From a virus (taxonomy: Duplodnaviria > Caudoviricetes), in IMG/VR virus record IMGVR_UViG_3300033074_001484, positions 64,001 to 128,000 of that record: DNA of 64,000 bases. One strand, 5' to 3'. Under the pieces are notes generated by a model. It had not been told where the DNA came from, ran no database searches, and saw only the letters and a program-made list of their open reading frames with translations. The stretch's first letter is position 1; each line of letters begins with the position of its first letter. Made by a program: the position numbers and the translations under genes. Shown here one piece after another: positions 25,675-36,590 of the stretch.

Positions 25675-26351
25675 AACTCTGATACGGTTGTAAAGTTAAT
25701 AATGGTTTGTTTGTGGAGATGTGTAAGGGAAGCCTCCAGTATTTCAAAATTGTCCGGCGTCCACGTATTTTTATTCCATGCGCCAAAGATATGCGATTGA
25801 TACATTATAGTATTATCATCGTGCAATAATAGTTCACTACTTTGGATATCATCGTGGCCGAAAACTTCCTTTAACGGATACCATACCAATCCCCTATTAT
25901 GTGTACTATGCAGCGCAACATGCGTTATACTTGGAAATTTAGAAATGATAATAGATGGTAATATTTGGCTACACAACCATCCCGGATTCCTCCAACTTTT
26001 CGGTGAATGTCCAACTGCCGCCCATTCAGCTTGACATTCAATAATTCGTTGTTCATAATCAATAGTATCTATAAATTCACATTCTCCATACCTTTTTGGG
26101 TCAGTCGTCATGTGTAAATGACCATGTGCCGCCAGTTCAAATGCAGGATGGTCCAAATACCATTCAACCCACTTTTTATGATCTGACAGCTTATATGAAC
26201 CATGATAGTTTGATGGCACAAATAATGTGAACTTTGCTCCAAACGTTTGATATAACTTTAACATCATTTGAATTGCCGCATCATCCGGCAATCCCCAATC
26301 CTTGGCAGGATGCACATCATCAACACATATGACAATATTAAGTGGATTCAT
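25671..26351 (-). CDS. polysaccharide deacetylase-like protein (NodB fold)
   Basis: VDDVHP..TLFVP..ELAAHGHLH..RNPGW. Confidence 0.8.
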   Translation of the reverse strand: MNPLNIVICVDDVHPAKDWGLPDDAAIQMMLKLYQTFGAKFTLFVPSNYHGSYKLSDHKKWVEWYLDHPAFELAAHGHLHMTTDPKRYGECEFIDTIDYEQRIIECQAEWAAVGHSPKSWRNPGWLCSQILPSIIISKFPSITHVALHSTHNRGLVWYPLKEVFGHDDIQSSELLLHDDNTIMYQSHIFGAWNKNTWTPDNFEILEASLTHLHKQTIINFTTVSEL

Positions 26352-27346
26352 TGTGATCTTAATTTTGATATACGTTCAATGACATCTTCAACTTTGATAG
26401 ACCGCTGTTGTGTATGTAACGTTGATAAATTATATTTACTGGATTTCTCTAACAAATCCCACCATTCGCCCTTTCGTATGTCACAAAATCCATTTGGGTT
26501 GTTCTCATTTTTAATTCCGGTCCTCTTTTTGGGATGCCGTCTATTATGCACCCTAAGTACATCTTTAAAGTGGAATTGAACCAATTGATCCCCCATAATC
26601 TTTTTGGCAATTTCCATCATGGAAGTATCTTCCCCACAATGGAACATGGCCAATGGTATATTAACCCCCGCACGTATCAACTCAGTTGAAATAGCTACAC
26701 ATGAGCCATCAAATTTTACTGAATTTCCGGTCATATACCATATATCCATTGTTGCGTCTTTATTTATATCATGCATTTGCTGTAGAGTCATATAAGATTT
26801 TTCAGATGCAACATTGGTCAATGCCCAATCTTCATTGTCATGATATTTAACGTTTTCAAATAATGGATGTACTAATACATCCCATGATGTATCCCAATTT
26901 TTCCGGTAGGCAAATGTTGCAAAATATTTAGTAATATCCGGTTCCTTTGCCGCAATGGATTCAAGACACAAAAACGTTTGCTTTGGCCATAGTGAATCCG
27001 TCTCACCCCACAACACAACATCAAACCCGTTGAGTGCCCCAAACATATTAATGTCCCGTCGCGCATCAGCTATATTATAAAATGACACCTCATTAGATCG
27101 GAATTCAAGCAATGTCACACATGGTAAATTGTTGAGCATGTCCAAAATTTCATTGCACGTCGTGTATGTGCTGTCTTCCGGGGTTTCCAAATATGTTTGT
27201 AAATTTATCGTACACCGGACAGTTACATTTTTAGGATTCTCTACCATACTAAGAGCATCCCGCAAACTAAGTACAGTTTCCTCGACCATCTGCACCTCAT
27301 ACCACATAATATGGTAGCCTATAATATATTTTTGTGTGAGTTTCAT
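26348..27346 (-). CDS. GT-A glycosyltransferase-like protein
   Basis: GETD (DxD-like), GEDT, VHNR; cluster context. Confidence 0.6.
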   Translation of the reverse strand: MKLTQKYIIGYHIMWYEVQMVEETVLSLRDALSMVENPKNVTVRCTINLQTYLETPEDSTYTTCNEILDMLNNLPCVTLLEFRSNEVSFYNIADARRDINMFGALNGFDVVLWGETDSLWPKQTFLCLESIAAKEPDITKYFATFAYRKNWDTSWDVLVHPLFENVKYHDNEDWALTNVASEKSYMTLQQMHDINKDATMDIWYMTGNSVKFDGSCVAISTELIRAGVNIPLAMFHCGEDTSMMEIAKKIMGDQLVQFHFKDVLRVHNRRHPKKRTGIKNENNPNGFCDIRKGEWWDLLEKSSKYNLSTLHTQQRSIKVEDVIERISKLRSQ

Positions 27347-27350
27347 GGAA

Positions 27351-27947
27351 TTAAATTAACAATCTGCAAATTACACCCTCCGGGCCTGAGCGTAAAACTC
27401 GACCTTGTCCAAAATCATGTCCGGCAGGATGTCCTATAAATTTCACATATTCTAATACCTGATTGTTGACTAATTCGTCAACGGCCCTCCATACCGGAAA
27501 CATTAACCCATAATCATCAAAAATGATAAACGATACATTTTCACGTTTAAGCCGTACAAATTGTTCCACATCGGACTTTACTTGTTCATATTCATGTCCG
27601 GCGTCTATAAATGCCATTGAAAACGTATCCGGTAAAATAAGCCGCTTTCCCGTGTATAAATTAAATGGGATATAGGTAATGTTAGACCGTTCCTCGTTTA
27701 TACGTCTGGCGGTCTCAAAATGGCCCTCCGCCAAGTTTATAGTATACACTTTACCAAACACATGACTTAATACATACGTAGTTTGCCCCTTATGCGTTCC
27801 AAATTCTATACAGTTTTTGGTTTTAAACAATGGGTCCTTGAAAAAATTCCAAACATCTTCTTTAAATTTTAGAGAAGTGGTTGATAAATTTTCATGTTTA
27901 TCCTCGGTAATTTTAGCAGCGATGCTACTGAATGTTGGCTGTTCCAT
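27351..27947 (-). CDS. class I SAM methyltransferase (Methyltransf_24-like)
   Basis: IEFGTHKG..FIDAGHEY..IFDDY. Confidence 0.85.
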   Translation of the reverse strand: MEQPTFSSIAAKITEDKHENLSTTSLKFKEDVWNFFKDPLFKTKNCIEFGTHKGQTTYVLSHVFGKVYTINLAEGHFETARRINEERSNITYIPFNLYTGKRLILPDTFSMAFIDAGHEYEQVKSDVEQFVRLKRENVSFIIFDDYGLMFPVWRAVDELVNNQVLEYVKFIGHPAGHDFGQGRVLRSGPEGVICRLLI

Positions 27948-28773
27948 ATAAATTTTGGTAAGTTTTTTTCATTAAAAATAATGTTGGGTTGTTTTCAATA
28001 CCAACTTCTCCGTATTTAGCATTTCCCGGTATGGCATTGAACTGGTATAACCCCGGAAAGTGTAAATACACATCATTATTGAATAATGATTTACGCATCA
28101 TATCTGACATGCAATATTGGTAGGATAAATATTTAATGTCACTGGGCTTACAATATTTACGCAAGATAAAATTAAATGGCCCCTGATCGGAACCCACCCC
28201 ATAAGCATAATATTTGGTTTTAAGGTCACGTGCATTATTCCAGTAAAATTCAAGCATCTTTTCAAAAACAATCTTGAATCTGGAAGACATCACCATAAAC
28301 CCGGCGTTGACATAATCAAATACATTGAATAGTGGATATTCTTCACCAAATACATGATGAAAATTTTCCATGCTTCGCGATATCCAATCAAAATCCCCAT
28401 CTGCCGGAACTACTCCAATTTCATCATCAATTAATTCAAAAAAATTAGGCAATTCCGGGTGAGGTATTGTATCAGCATCTATCATCGCCATTTTTCCAAA
28501 CGCTTCTGGGTATAACCTGAAAAAATGATAACGCTGCCATGTTATTTTCATCACATCGTGTGGGTACAACAATTCCGACAACACTACCAATTCTACATCG
28601 TGTTTGCGGCACCATTGTGTCCAAGCATCAATAGCATATTCATATGGCGCACTTCGAGATTCCCAACCGGGAATCTTCACTGCCACCATAAATATAATGT
28701 TTCGTTTCTCAGCAGTCATAACCAAAATACTTTGCGTGTGATTCCATAAGCCCCTTACGAATGCCGGGGTCAA
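27925..28773 (-). CDS. GT8-like glycosyltransferase
   Basis: IDADT..YVNAGFM..DQGPFN. Confidence 0.8.
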   Translation of the reverse strand: MTPAFVRGLWNHTQSILVMTAEKRNIIFMVAVKIPGWESRSAPYEYAIDAWTQWCRKHDVELVVLSELLYPHDVMKITWQRYHFFRLYPEAFGKMAMIDADTIPHPELPNFFELIDDEIGVVPADGDFDWISRSMENFHHVFGEEYPLFNVFDYVNAGFMVMSSRFKIVFEKMLEFYWNNARDLKTKYYAYGVGSDQGPFNFILRKYCKPSDIKYLSYQYCMSDMMRKSLFNNDVYLHFPGLYQFNAIPGNAKYGEVGIENNPTLFLMKKTYQNLYGTANIQ

Positions 28774-29473
28774 AGCCCGTGTAATGTATCACGTTTGCAT
28801 ATTTAAATGCGTAAGGTTGTGGTTGATTAAGTTGAATATTATGGGCAAACACGTTTCGTTTATATATCCCCATCAAATTCCATTTTGGAGATAACTGTGT
28901 TATGTTTACTTTATTTTTTTGTAATATATAATTGAGCAACGTTTGTTCACGACCGCCGCCGTGGTGCCAATTGTCTATAACGGATTTATTGGCAAAATAT
29001 ACTTGTAACAATTCCTCAAAGATACATAAATATTGGTTACCAAAAAACAACACCCCGGCATTAACATAGCTAAACAAATCTAATTTAATTTCCGGGTAAA
29101 ATGATTGGTATGCTTTTATACTATTAAATACATACTCAGCATCAATTAAATCAGGCACTGCACAAAATTCATCTTCAGAAAATTCATTAAAAATATTTGG
29201 AGCATATGCTGTCGGCATTGTATCCGAGTCTACAATTCCTATTTTTTTATAAGGCTGTCCATGTATAAAAACAAACTCTTTGTTCCAAATAGGACGAGAT
29301 ATCCTTTCGTCCATTTCATTACATACAATAAAATCAATATTATACTTATCACAATATAGTTGCCATGCCGCAATAGCATATTTTGCATATGATGAATTTA
29401 ATACTTTTGACGTTGGATGGTCGATGGCCACCATGTATATTAAATTATCATTCTTCGGTGTCATATTTGACAT
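28709..29473 (-). CDS. GT8-like glycosyltransferase (paralogue)
   Basis: VDSDT..YVNAGVL..EQTLLN..WN..IHYTG. Confidence 0.8.
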   Translation of the reverse strand: MSNMTPKNDNLIYMVAIDHPTSKVLNSSYAKYAIAAWQLYCDKYNIDFIVCNEMDERISRPIWNKEFVFIHGQPYKKIGIVDSDTMPTAYAPNIFNEFSEDEFCAVPDLIDAEYVFNSIKAYQSFYPEIKLDLFSYVNAGVLFFGNQYLCIFEELLQVYFANKSVIDNWHHGGGREQTLLNYILQKNKVNITQLSPKWNLMGIYKRNVFAHNIQLNQPQPYAFKYANVIHYTGFDPGIRKGLMESHAKYFGYDC

Positions 29474-30362
29474 AATTTTGGTGTTTACGTATATGCCGGG
29501 GATGATTCAAGTTAATGGGATATGCGTATCTACGCATACCCCCCTCGTTCGGTCTTATAACAACAGCATCTAATCTATTAATCACACTGTTCATGCGTAT
29601 TTGTTTGAGACCTTTATCAAAATCCTCCCAATAAGATGGATTGGATCGCTGTATTAATCTGTATCTCAAATCCCGCCACTTAGCAAATCTAAACCAACAA
29701 TAATGATATGTGCGAATATCTTTATACACATATTCTGGGGATGAGTAGTCCTGTGACACAAAGTTTGACACCAATCTTAAATACGATGTCATGTCTCCAA
29801 AACACACCGCAATTTTTCTTGATTTTGGTCGGCCCCCCTTTCCCTCATGTATATTTTCAGTATAATATTGTGTTTCCAAAAAATCTATCCAATGTGTCCG
29901 GATTGCTGTATTTGGACGCATGGCATATATCATTTCGGTTATAGTATCCGAATCATGCTCATGATGAAACACATCAGGTTCAATTGGAAAAATAATATCA
30001 CCCGCTTCGACTGCCACATTACACATTGAAAAATTCGATACTGCATATTGATAACATTGATCAGCATTCCACGTTTTGGGATATTCTATAACATTCAAAT
30101 GAAATGATACATGTGGGTATTTCTCTCTATATTTTAATATAATACGCTCCGTATCTTCAAAATCAAAACCGGCAGAGGTGTCTTTGTAACAAAATTCACG
30201 TTTGAAATCTTCATCAATTGTTGTTAAATTTTCAGGCCCACATGGAAACAGTCCTTCATTATAAATTATCACAGTAGGATGTAACACATCTATAATATTA
30301 GGAATCTGACACTCTATCAAATGTGATTCCGCAAAACTGGGCATAATAACTATTCGCTGCAT
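29448..30362 (-). CDS. GT-A glycosyltransferase-like protein
   Basis: IEPDVF, YHYCWFR; cluster context. Confidence 0.55.
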   Translation of the reverse strand: MQRIVIMPSFAESHLIECQIPNIIDVLHPTVIIYNEGLFPCGPENLTTIDEDFKREFCYKDTSAGFDFEDTERIILKYREKYPHVSFHLNVIEYPKTWNADQCYQYAVSNFSMCNVAVEAGDIIFPIEPDVFHHEHDSDTITEMIYAMRPNTAIRTHWIDFLETQYYTENIHEGKGGRPKSRKIAVCFGDMTSYLRLVSNFVSQDYSSPEYVYKDIRTYHYCWFRFAKWRDLRYRLIQRSNPSYWEDFDKGLKQIRMNSVINRLDAVVIRPNEGGMRRYAYPINLNHPRHIRKHQNYVKYDTEE

Positions 30363-30366
30363 AAGG

Positions 30367-30984
30367 TTATATTACAAATAATACTCCAATACCCGCCCAT
30401 GACTGTTCTCTACTTTCAACAATTTCCATGTGATCAAATCGTGTATCATGTTTGATATGGTTCCAAAAATCACACACTTCAACTCCACGATTCCGATGTT
30501 CTGGTGAATCAACAATATCATGAAACGCTATAATCGTTCCGCTGTGACTATGTCGTAATGCCAATTCAAAATCTGATTTAACTCCTTCAAATGTATGACA
30601 CCCATCAATAAAGATAAAATCATAATCATCGCGAAGCATTTCATCCGTTACCAACTTGGAGTCCATGTCTATAAATTGGATAGAATGTCTGCTACCACCA
30701 AACATTAACTCAAAAACCGCGTTTCTATATTTAACCATGTCCGGTGCGATTCCTCCAAAGTCCCCGCCCGGTAAATCTATTGAAGTGAATGTAGTATACT
30801 CAGCGGCCCTAACTGTGGTAAGTATATAATTCCACAAATAGGCCGTACCCCCAAATTTGGTACCAATTTCCAATATATTGGTTGGATGAAAATTGGACAC
30901 CAATATATATAGTTTCTCAATTTCATATTTTATTTGCGGCATGTACAACGTATATGCCCGTTCGATAACAGGTAAGGCACTCAT
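30367..30984 (-). CDS. class I SAM methyltransferase (Methyltransf_24-like)
   Basis: LEIGTKFGG..FIDGCHTFEGVKSD..AFHDI. Confidence 0.88.
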   Translation of the reverse strand: MSALPVIERAYTLYMPQIKYEIEKLYILVSNFHPTNILEIGTKFGGTAYLWNYILTTVRAAEYTTFTSIDLPGGDFGGIAPDMVKYRNAVFELMFGGSRHSIQFIDMDSKLVTDEMLRDDYDFIFIDGCHTFEGVKSDFELALRHSHSGTIIAFHDIVDSPEHRNRGVEVCDFWNHIKHDTRFDHMEIVESREQSWAGIGVLFVI

Positions 30985-31032
30985 CAGATATCAATTTTTA
31001 ATGTGAGTTAAACATGGCATGCCTGTTGTTTA

Positions 31033-32055
31033 TTAAGCCGGGCGTTTCCAATATTCGTACACTCCATCAGATATTTCATAGTCCCCATCCCAATCATATG
31101 GTAGAAATGCATATTCATCAAGTTCCCTTGCCCATTCATACATAAGCCGCAATCCCGTTTCCAATGATGTCACATGTTTGAATCCAAGATAATCAATCGA
31201 TTTTTGGTATGTTGAATACGCATATCTGACTTCATGTCGTGGTTCACGGTGTATAATTTCAGAGGATGAGTTGCAAACCTGTTTAACTATACCCGCTGCC
31301 TTGTTGAGGGTGATCGGTTCAATACCACCCAAATTTATTGTTTGGGATTCTGCAATCTCTGAAAACCCGGCATTGTACAATGGATGCATCGCATCTCCAA
31401 TATATGAAAATGCGCGAACTTGTAATCCGCTACCATATATTTGTATAGGCAAATTATTCATCGCCGCCTTCATCCAAATACCAAGTACATTGCGATATTT
31501 GTCATTTATGTTTTGACCGGGTCCATAAAAATTATGTGGACGAATAATACAATACCCCAACCCATGTTGACGATGTGCAATCTTAATGTCCATTTCACAA
31601 GCAAACTTTGCAACGCCATATGGATCAATCGGATTAGGAATTAAATCTTCAGAAAATGGCGGAGCTTCGTAATCCCCATAAACTGCCATTGAACTAAAGT
31701 ATACCAAACGAGACACCTTATAATTTATACACGCATTTATAATATTCGCAGTGGATATCAAGTTATTTTCATAATTGAACTTGCGAATAAAAGGAGACAG
31801 CCCCTCAGCAGCATATGCTGCACAATGGTACACTACATCAAAAGAATTTTCTTCAAACAATTTATTCAACTCAACCACATCTGTAACCAGATCGATCACA
31901 TGCAATTTGATCCTATGTGGTATATTGATACGTGACCCACCCGAAAGATTGTCTACAATTACAACCTCACACTTTTGTGTAGAATGTAAGAAACGTGCTA
32001 AATTTGATCCGATCAATCCGGCTCCACCGGTTATTAACACTTTAGGATTTGCCAT
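31033..32055 (-). CDS. NAD-dependent nucleotide-sugar epimerase/dehydratase
   Basis: TGGAGLIG, SSMAVYG, YGVAK. Confidence 0.92.
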   Translation of the reverse strand: MANPKVLITGGAGLIGSNLARFLHSTQKCEVVIVDNLSGGSRINIPHRIKLHVIDLVTDVVELNKLFEENSFDVVYHCAAYAAEGLSPFIRKFNYENNLISTANIINACINYKVSRLVYFSSMAVYGDYEAPPFSEDLIPNPIDPYGVAKFACEMDIKIAHRQHGLGYCIIRPHNFYGPGQNINDKYRNVLGIWMKAAMNNLPIQIYGSGLQVRAFSYIGDAMHPLYNAGFSEIAESQTINLGGIEPITLNKAAGIVKQVCNSSSEIIHREPRHEVRYAYSTYQKSIDYLGFKHVTSLETGLRLMYEWARELDEYAFLPYDWDGDYEISDGVYEYWKRPA

Positions 32056-32485
32056 TATCAGTACTTAAATTATTATCAATTTCATTTTTGAGACGTGCGC
32101 GGGATTCATTTGCCATTCGCAATCGAATCTCATTAAACGTACTCCTATAAAAGTCAGGAGTATCCGACATCGATTCTTGTAGACGTGCGCGGTCAGCTTC
32201 ACCAATGCGCACATCCATAAATACTAATTCTGCAATGTCCTCTGTAAATTTACTTTCGTCAAATGTCCGAAATTCTTTATAATGTTTATATTTGCCGGAT
32301 TTATATGTTTGTAGCAATGTCTTTTTTAATCGCCTTTTTATAGCCGCAATTATCATTTTTTGACCCAAAACGCTGAATTTATTTGGGGCTGTAAGTTCAA
32401 AAAAATACAACTTAATACGCTCAGTTATCAACCGATCAATTAATGCAGAAATTGTATCTATGTTACTTATTCGTTTACTCGCCAT
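32042..32485 (-). CDS. helical protein (DUF4254-like)
   Basis: TISALIDRL..K and NESRARLKNEID motifs. Confidence 0.5.
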   Translation of the reverse strand: MASKRISNIDTISALIDRLITERIKLYFFELTAPNKFSVLGQKMIIAAIKRRLKKTLLQTYKSGKYKHYKEFRTFDESKFTEDIAELVFMDVRIGEADRARLQESMSDTPDFYRSTFNEIRLRMANESRARLKNEIDNNLSTDNGKS

Positions 32486-32559
32486 TGTGCAAAGGTATGT
32501 AGTGTTATTGGTATTAATTGATATATTTGAATATATTTATTTTCTGTATATATGTTAAA

Positions 32560-33333
32560 TCACCTTATTGTCTCATACAAAGCATTTTGCATGATCTGTC
32601 TTTGCAAATTCTTAGGATGATATATGTGATAATCTTGTTGATGTTGCGGAATATGTCCAAGTTTAGCATACCCTATCAGTCGTTCATGCACCATCCCGTC
32701 CCACCGTATATTAATAGAATTTGCATATAATCTAAATTGATAGTCCGGATAATTTATAATTGGCTGATAATGATGTACTACCCCATCAGTTTCAGATTGT
32801 ATCATCTGAAACTCTGAAAGGAGATTATATGCTCCAACACTTAAATCTGATCTCATGGTTTTGGCCATATAATTTGGTAATTTATATACTCGCCACCCCC
32901 ACTGTCGAACGTACTTCTCAGTAATACCGTCCACTGTATTCACACGAGGCACTAATATAACATCATATTGCCGGTTTAATTTTATAATATCATGTATATT
33001 TGACACTAATGCTTCAGATGGAATTTCATCTGCATCTACTTGAAATATATAATCTCCGGTAGCTACCTTGAATATTTGATTCTTAAAATCTGCAAAATTC
33101 GGAACCTGCGTGGTCGGATTCCTTAACACCCCTTCAACTACAGTTACAGGTAACGTTGATACATATTCATGGTTATGTAAATATTGTGCAACCCCCCCAT
33201 TATCCTCAACCGTGCTGTCATACAGTATAACAATTTCATCGGTATCACATGTTGAATATGTATTCAATACTTCGATGAGGCGTTTCAATTCATGAAGTTC
33301 ATTACATACAGTTATTGCATATGTCACTTTCAT
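32560..33333 (-). CDS. GT2 glycosyltransferase
   Basis: YAITVCNE..FADFKN..QVDADE..PDYQ.R..VHE. Confidence 0.88.
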   Translation of the reverse strand: MKVTYAITVCNELHELKRLIEVLNTYSTCDTDEIVILYDSTVEDNGGVAQYLHNHEYVSTLPVTVVEGVLRNPTTQVPNFADFKNQIFKVATGDYIFQVDADEIPSEALVSNIHDIIKLNRQYDVILVPRVNTVDGITEKYVRQWGWRVYKLPNYMAKTMRSDLSVGAYNLLSEFQMIQSETDGVVHHYQPIINYPDYQFRLYANSINIRWDGMVHERLIGYAKLGHIPQHQQDYHIYHPKNLQRQIMQNALYETIR

Positions 33334-33809
33334 ACATCGCTACCTTTATTAGTTGCCAATTCGGTAAAAGTATCAAGGGCAGTTGAAAATTGTTCCATAT
33401 CAAATATACCACCCTCGACAGTTTCCAGTTTTGCGACCGACCCTTCAGGAGTTACAAAATCAACCGTCTCAGCGGATGTCCCATTTAACACATTTATACG
33501 TCCAATAATCCACCACCGTTTTCCATTTGAATCTGACTTGGCCCATAGTACATAGTCACCAACCCGAAGGGGTATCATATACCAATGCTGTGCATTGGGT
33601 TCAACAAATTCTGTTTTTGCTATAAATGATGGCATAGACTTTTTTTGTTCAAACCACTCTCCATTTGTATTTGGATTGTATGTGTTTATCAACGTCTGGA
33701 AACCTGTATCCATGCACATTTTAACAACATCACCACGTACCGTATCATATTCGACTAACACCTTCTTATTCCCTGTAATCGGGGAAATTTCATCATATTC
33801 TATTTTCAT
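33330..33809 (-). CDS. hypothetical protein
   Basis: 159-aa ORF in the operon. Confidence 0.65.
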   Translation of the reverse strand: MKIEYDEISPITGNKKVLVEYDTVRGDVVKMCMDTGFQTLINTYNPNTNGEWFEQKKSMPSFIAKTEFVEPNAQHWYMIPLRVGDYVLWAKSDSNGKRWWIIGRINVLNGTSAETVDFVTPEGSVAKLETVEGGIFDMEQFSTALDTFTELATNKGSDV

Positions 33810-33810
33810 G

Positions 33811-35079
33811 TTATACCAATTTTCTTAGTTTAGGTAAATTAATTGGAGGTGGATTTTCAGATGCCGATACACGAGCATCTAAAATTTCTTTTAATTTGAT
33901 ACCCATTTTTTCAAGGGTAAAATTGTCAATGGAATATTTTTTTTGCTGTTTACCACGTGACAAATATACGTCATAATGCTCATATACATTGTCCATAAAT
34001 TGCATGGCAATTGAATAATTAACTGTAAACCATTTTGCATCTGGTATAAAATAATCATTCAATGCACTACCATGTATTTTATCAAGAGACCCCGGTAATA
34101 ATACCGAACTTTCATTCTGTAAAAAATCCAAATGTCCTGACCACCCGCTTGCCAATATAGGTTTTCCAGTCAATGAAAATTCAAGCATTGGTCGGCCAAA
34201 TCCTTCCCCCTTAGTAAATGACACCATAGCTTTAACCTTCGGGTGTTTATATAACGCGGCCATTTCAGAATCAGTCAATTCGCCATTCAAAACATAAATA
34301 TTCGGCAACTTACCGGTAAACCCGGCATCTCGGATGCTTTTTTGAATTATGTTTATTTTATCAGTTATCACCGTTCGTTCGGCAATTGAAAATCCAGCAC
34401 CGCTTGTTTTTAACAAAAGTGCGGGTCTATTCTTTTTTAATTTGAATGTTTCTAAGAATGTTTTAACAAGCATCCCCACATCTTTCCTATCATGTCCAAG
34501 ATTTCCTTGCAACCAATGGCCAACAAACAGAAATAAAAACTGCTCAGATACTCCACTTAATTTTTCATCAATTGCTTGTATGGACGCTTTGTCTGGATTA
34601 ATATACTTTTGAATATCCACGCCCTCAAACAAAACTTCGATGGGTTTGGTCACTGCAAGTTGATGTCCTTGCTCATTAGTAAAAACTGAATCGTGAAAAA
34701 CTTGTTTAGAATGGGTGCTTGTTGTAATGATTAAATCCATTTTATTACAACCCTCAATCCATTCAGGTTTACAGGCTGTACTTTCAATACCCGCTGTTAT
34801 TCCAATATTATAAACCCCGTGTGGTGTAAATTCATTCGGAATTGTAATTTGAATGAATACATCTGGTCTGTATTTTATATGTTCCGGATGCTTGATCCTG
34901 TCCAATATTTTAGTTTCATCAGGATTTTCCCTGTCCAATATATATTTCGGGGTAGCACCCCACGGTAATGATATGAAGTCAACATCATATCCATTGTTGA
35001 TGAGTGCAGATGCGATGTCGCGAGAATGCGCACCATAACCACTTACAGTCTCTATAGGAGACGCCATTAGTATTTTCAT
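33811..35079 (-). CDS. GT4-like glycosyltransferase
   Basis: SGYG..RKD..KGEGFGRPMLE..GKP. Confidence 0.88.
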   Translation of the reverse strand: MKILMASPIETVSGYGAHSRDIASALINNGYDVDFISLPWGATPKYILDRENPDETKILDRIKHPEHIKYRPDVFIQITIPNEFTPHGVYNIGITAGIESTACKPEWIEGCNKMDLIITTSTHSKQVFHDSVFTNEQGHQLAVTKPIEVLFEGVDIQKYINPDKASIQAIDEKLSGVSEQFLFLFVGHWLQGNLGHDRKDVGMLVKTFLETFKLKKNRPALLLKTSGAGFSIAERTVITDKINIIQKSIRDAGFTGKLPNIYVLNGELTDSEMAALYKHPKVKAMVSFTKGEGFGRPMLEFSLTGKPILASGWSGHLDFLQNESSVLLPGSLDKIHGSALNDYFIPDAKWFTVNYSIAMQFMDNVYEHYDVYLSRGKQQKKYSIDNFTLEKMGIKLKEILDARVSASENPPPINLPKLRKLV

Positions 35080-35081
35080 AT

Positions 35082-36590
35082 TTATCGTGTATATTGATTA
35101 ATTCCAGTATGTAAAATTTGTTCCGGCAATTGTACATTAATTATTTCAAATCGATCTTTCGGCGTGAATGCCTCAAACGTCTTATTTATAGATTCTATCA
35201 TTAAATTAGCCATATGTTTTGTTGTAAACTTCGCAGTATCACTCATCATCCACTCCCTACCGGCCATTCCCCGCAGTCTTAATTCATCAGGTGGTATATT
35301 GTACACTTCAAAAAGTTTATCGGCTACATCATGATAATTGCATCTGTCATCAAATATATATGGCGTAGGTATAGAACCCTGTAATGAAGTCGTTTTAGGA
35401 AATACCGGAAATGCCCAATTTCCACATTTCTTATATTTTCCATCATGATTACTGGTGAAAGTAGCATCAAATTTAATTGGTGTACCGTCGTCAGTTTCAA
35501 ATCCACATTGGTCCTGCAATCCGCCAGTAACATTTACAATTATAGGTGTACCAGCCATTACAGATTCAGCAGTTGTTAACCCAAACCCCTCATTGGACGC
35601 AATATTAATAGTCACATTGGCCATGTTATAAAAGAAATTTAACACTGGCATTGGCACTCGCTCTTCAATAAAAACAATATTACATTCTGGTGCTAACGCA
35701 TTATACACTGCACTTAAATCGGTACCATTCTCATCAAGCACATCGCTTTTCATTATAAGAAGGCAATCCTTACGTTTGTTTTTTGGAACTTTGTTGACGA
35801 ACTCTTTAAATGCAAGGATCACATCGCCCGGCATTTTTCGACGAATATTACGATTATTCCACAATACCACAAACGACGACGGATGTTTTTCTTTAAATTT
35901 TTGTAAAAACTTTTGATAATCACCCCACTCTGCATCCGACTCTGACAGTGGTTTATATATGGTTGGGTTTATCCCGTGTGGGACATATGATAACAATCGT
36001 TTAGATTCAGCATTACCATCCAATTGATGTATATCATAATATTCATTTTCACCCAATACCAATTTTACCAACATATTTGTCTGCTTACTGATATTCATCA
36101 GCAGGTCACATGACTGGTATGCTACCTTATTCCAAAATGGAGCGGGTGGCGCATCCCATATGTTATAATATATAAGAGGTAATTTATACTTAGCATGTAT
36201 GGTGTGCTCCAATCTATACAGCCAATCCCAGAATCGGGGGTCTGTAAAATGCATTATTGCATCTGGAGATTCATACTGTATAACTTCATCTAAAACCTTG
36301 TCATTACCATACCCAGAATGTGCATATATTTTAACATATGAATGTCCTATATTTCGTAATTTATTAATCTCATCAGACACATCAAAAATTTTACCATGAT
36401 CTGGGTGGGGTGATCCTGCACCAAGTTGAACCCAGTCGAAAACGTGTGCAGTGTGTATAATAATTTCTCGCGACATTGTTGCAATTCCGGATGGAAATCT
36501 AATATCATCTGACAATAATAAAATCTTCTTCTTGGAAGGTATGTCAGATACTTTGGTTAATTTAGGCAATTGTATTGTATTCATATTCAA
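35082..36590 (-). CDS. GT4-like glycosyltransferase
   Basis: NNRNIRRK..NEGFGLTTAESVMAGTP. Confidence 0.88.
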   Translation of the reverse strand: MNMNTIQLPKLTKVSDIPSKKKILLLSDDIRFPSGIATMSREIIIHTAHVFDWVQLGAGSPHPDHGKIFDVSDEINKLRNIGHSYVKIYAHSGYGNDKVLDEVIQYESPDAIMHFTDPRFWDWLYRLEHTIHAKYKLPLIYYNIWDAPPAPFWNKVAYQSCDLLMNISKQTNMLVKLVLGENEYYDIHQLDGNAESKRLLSYVPHGINPTIYKPLSESDAEWGDYQKFLQKFKEKHPSSFVVLWNNRNIRRKMPGDVILAFKEFVNKVPKNKRKDCLLIMKSDVLDENGTDLSAVYNALAPECNIVFIEERVPMPVLNFFYNMANVTINIASNEGFGLTTAESVMAGTPIIVNVTGGLQDQCGFETDDGTPIKFDATFTSNHDGKYKKCGNWAFPVFPKTTSLQGSIPTPYIFDDRCNYHDVADKLFEVYNIPPDELRLRGMAGREWMMSDTAKFTTKHMANLMIESINKTFEAFTPKDRFEIINVQLPEQILHTGINQYTR

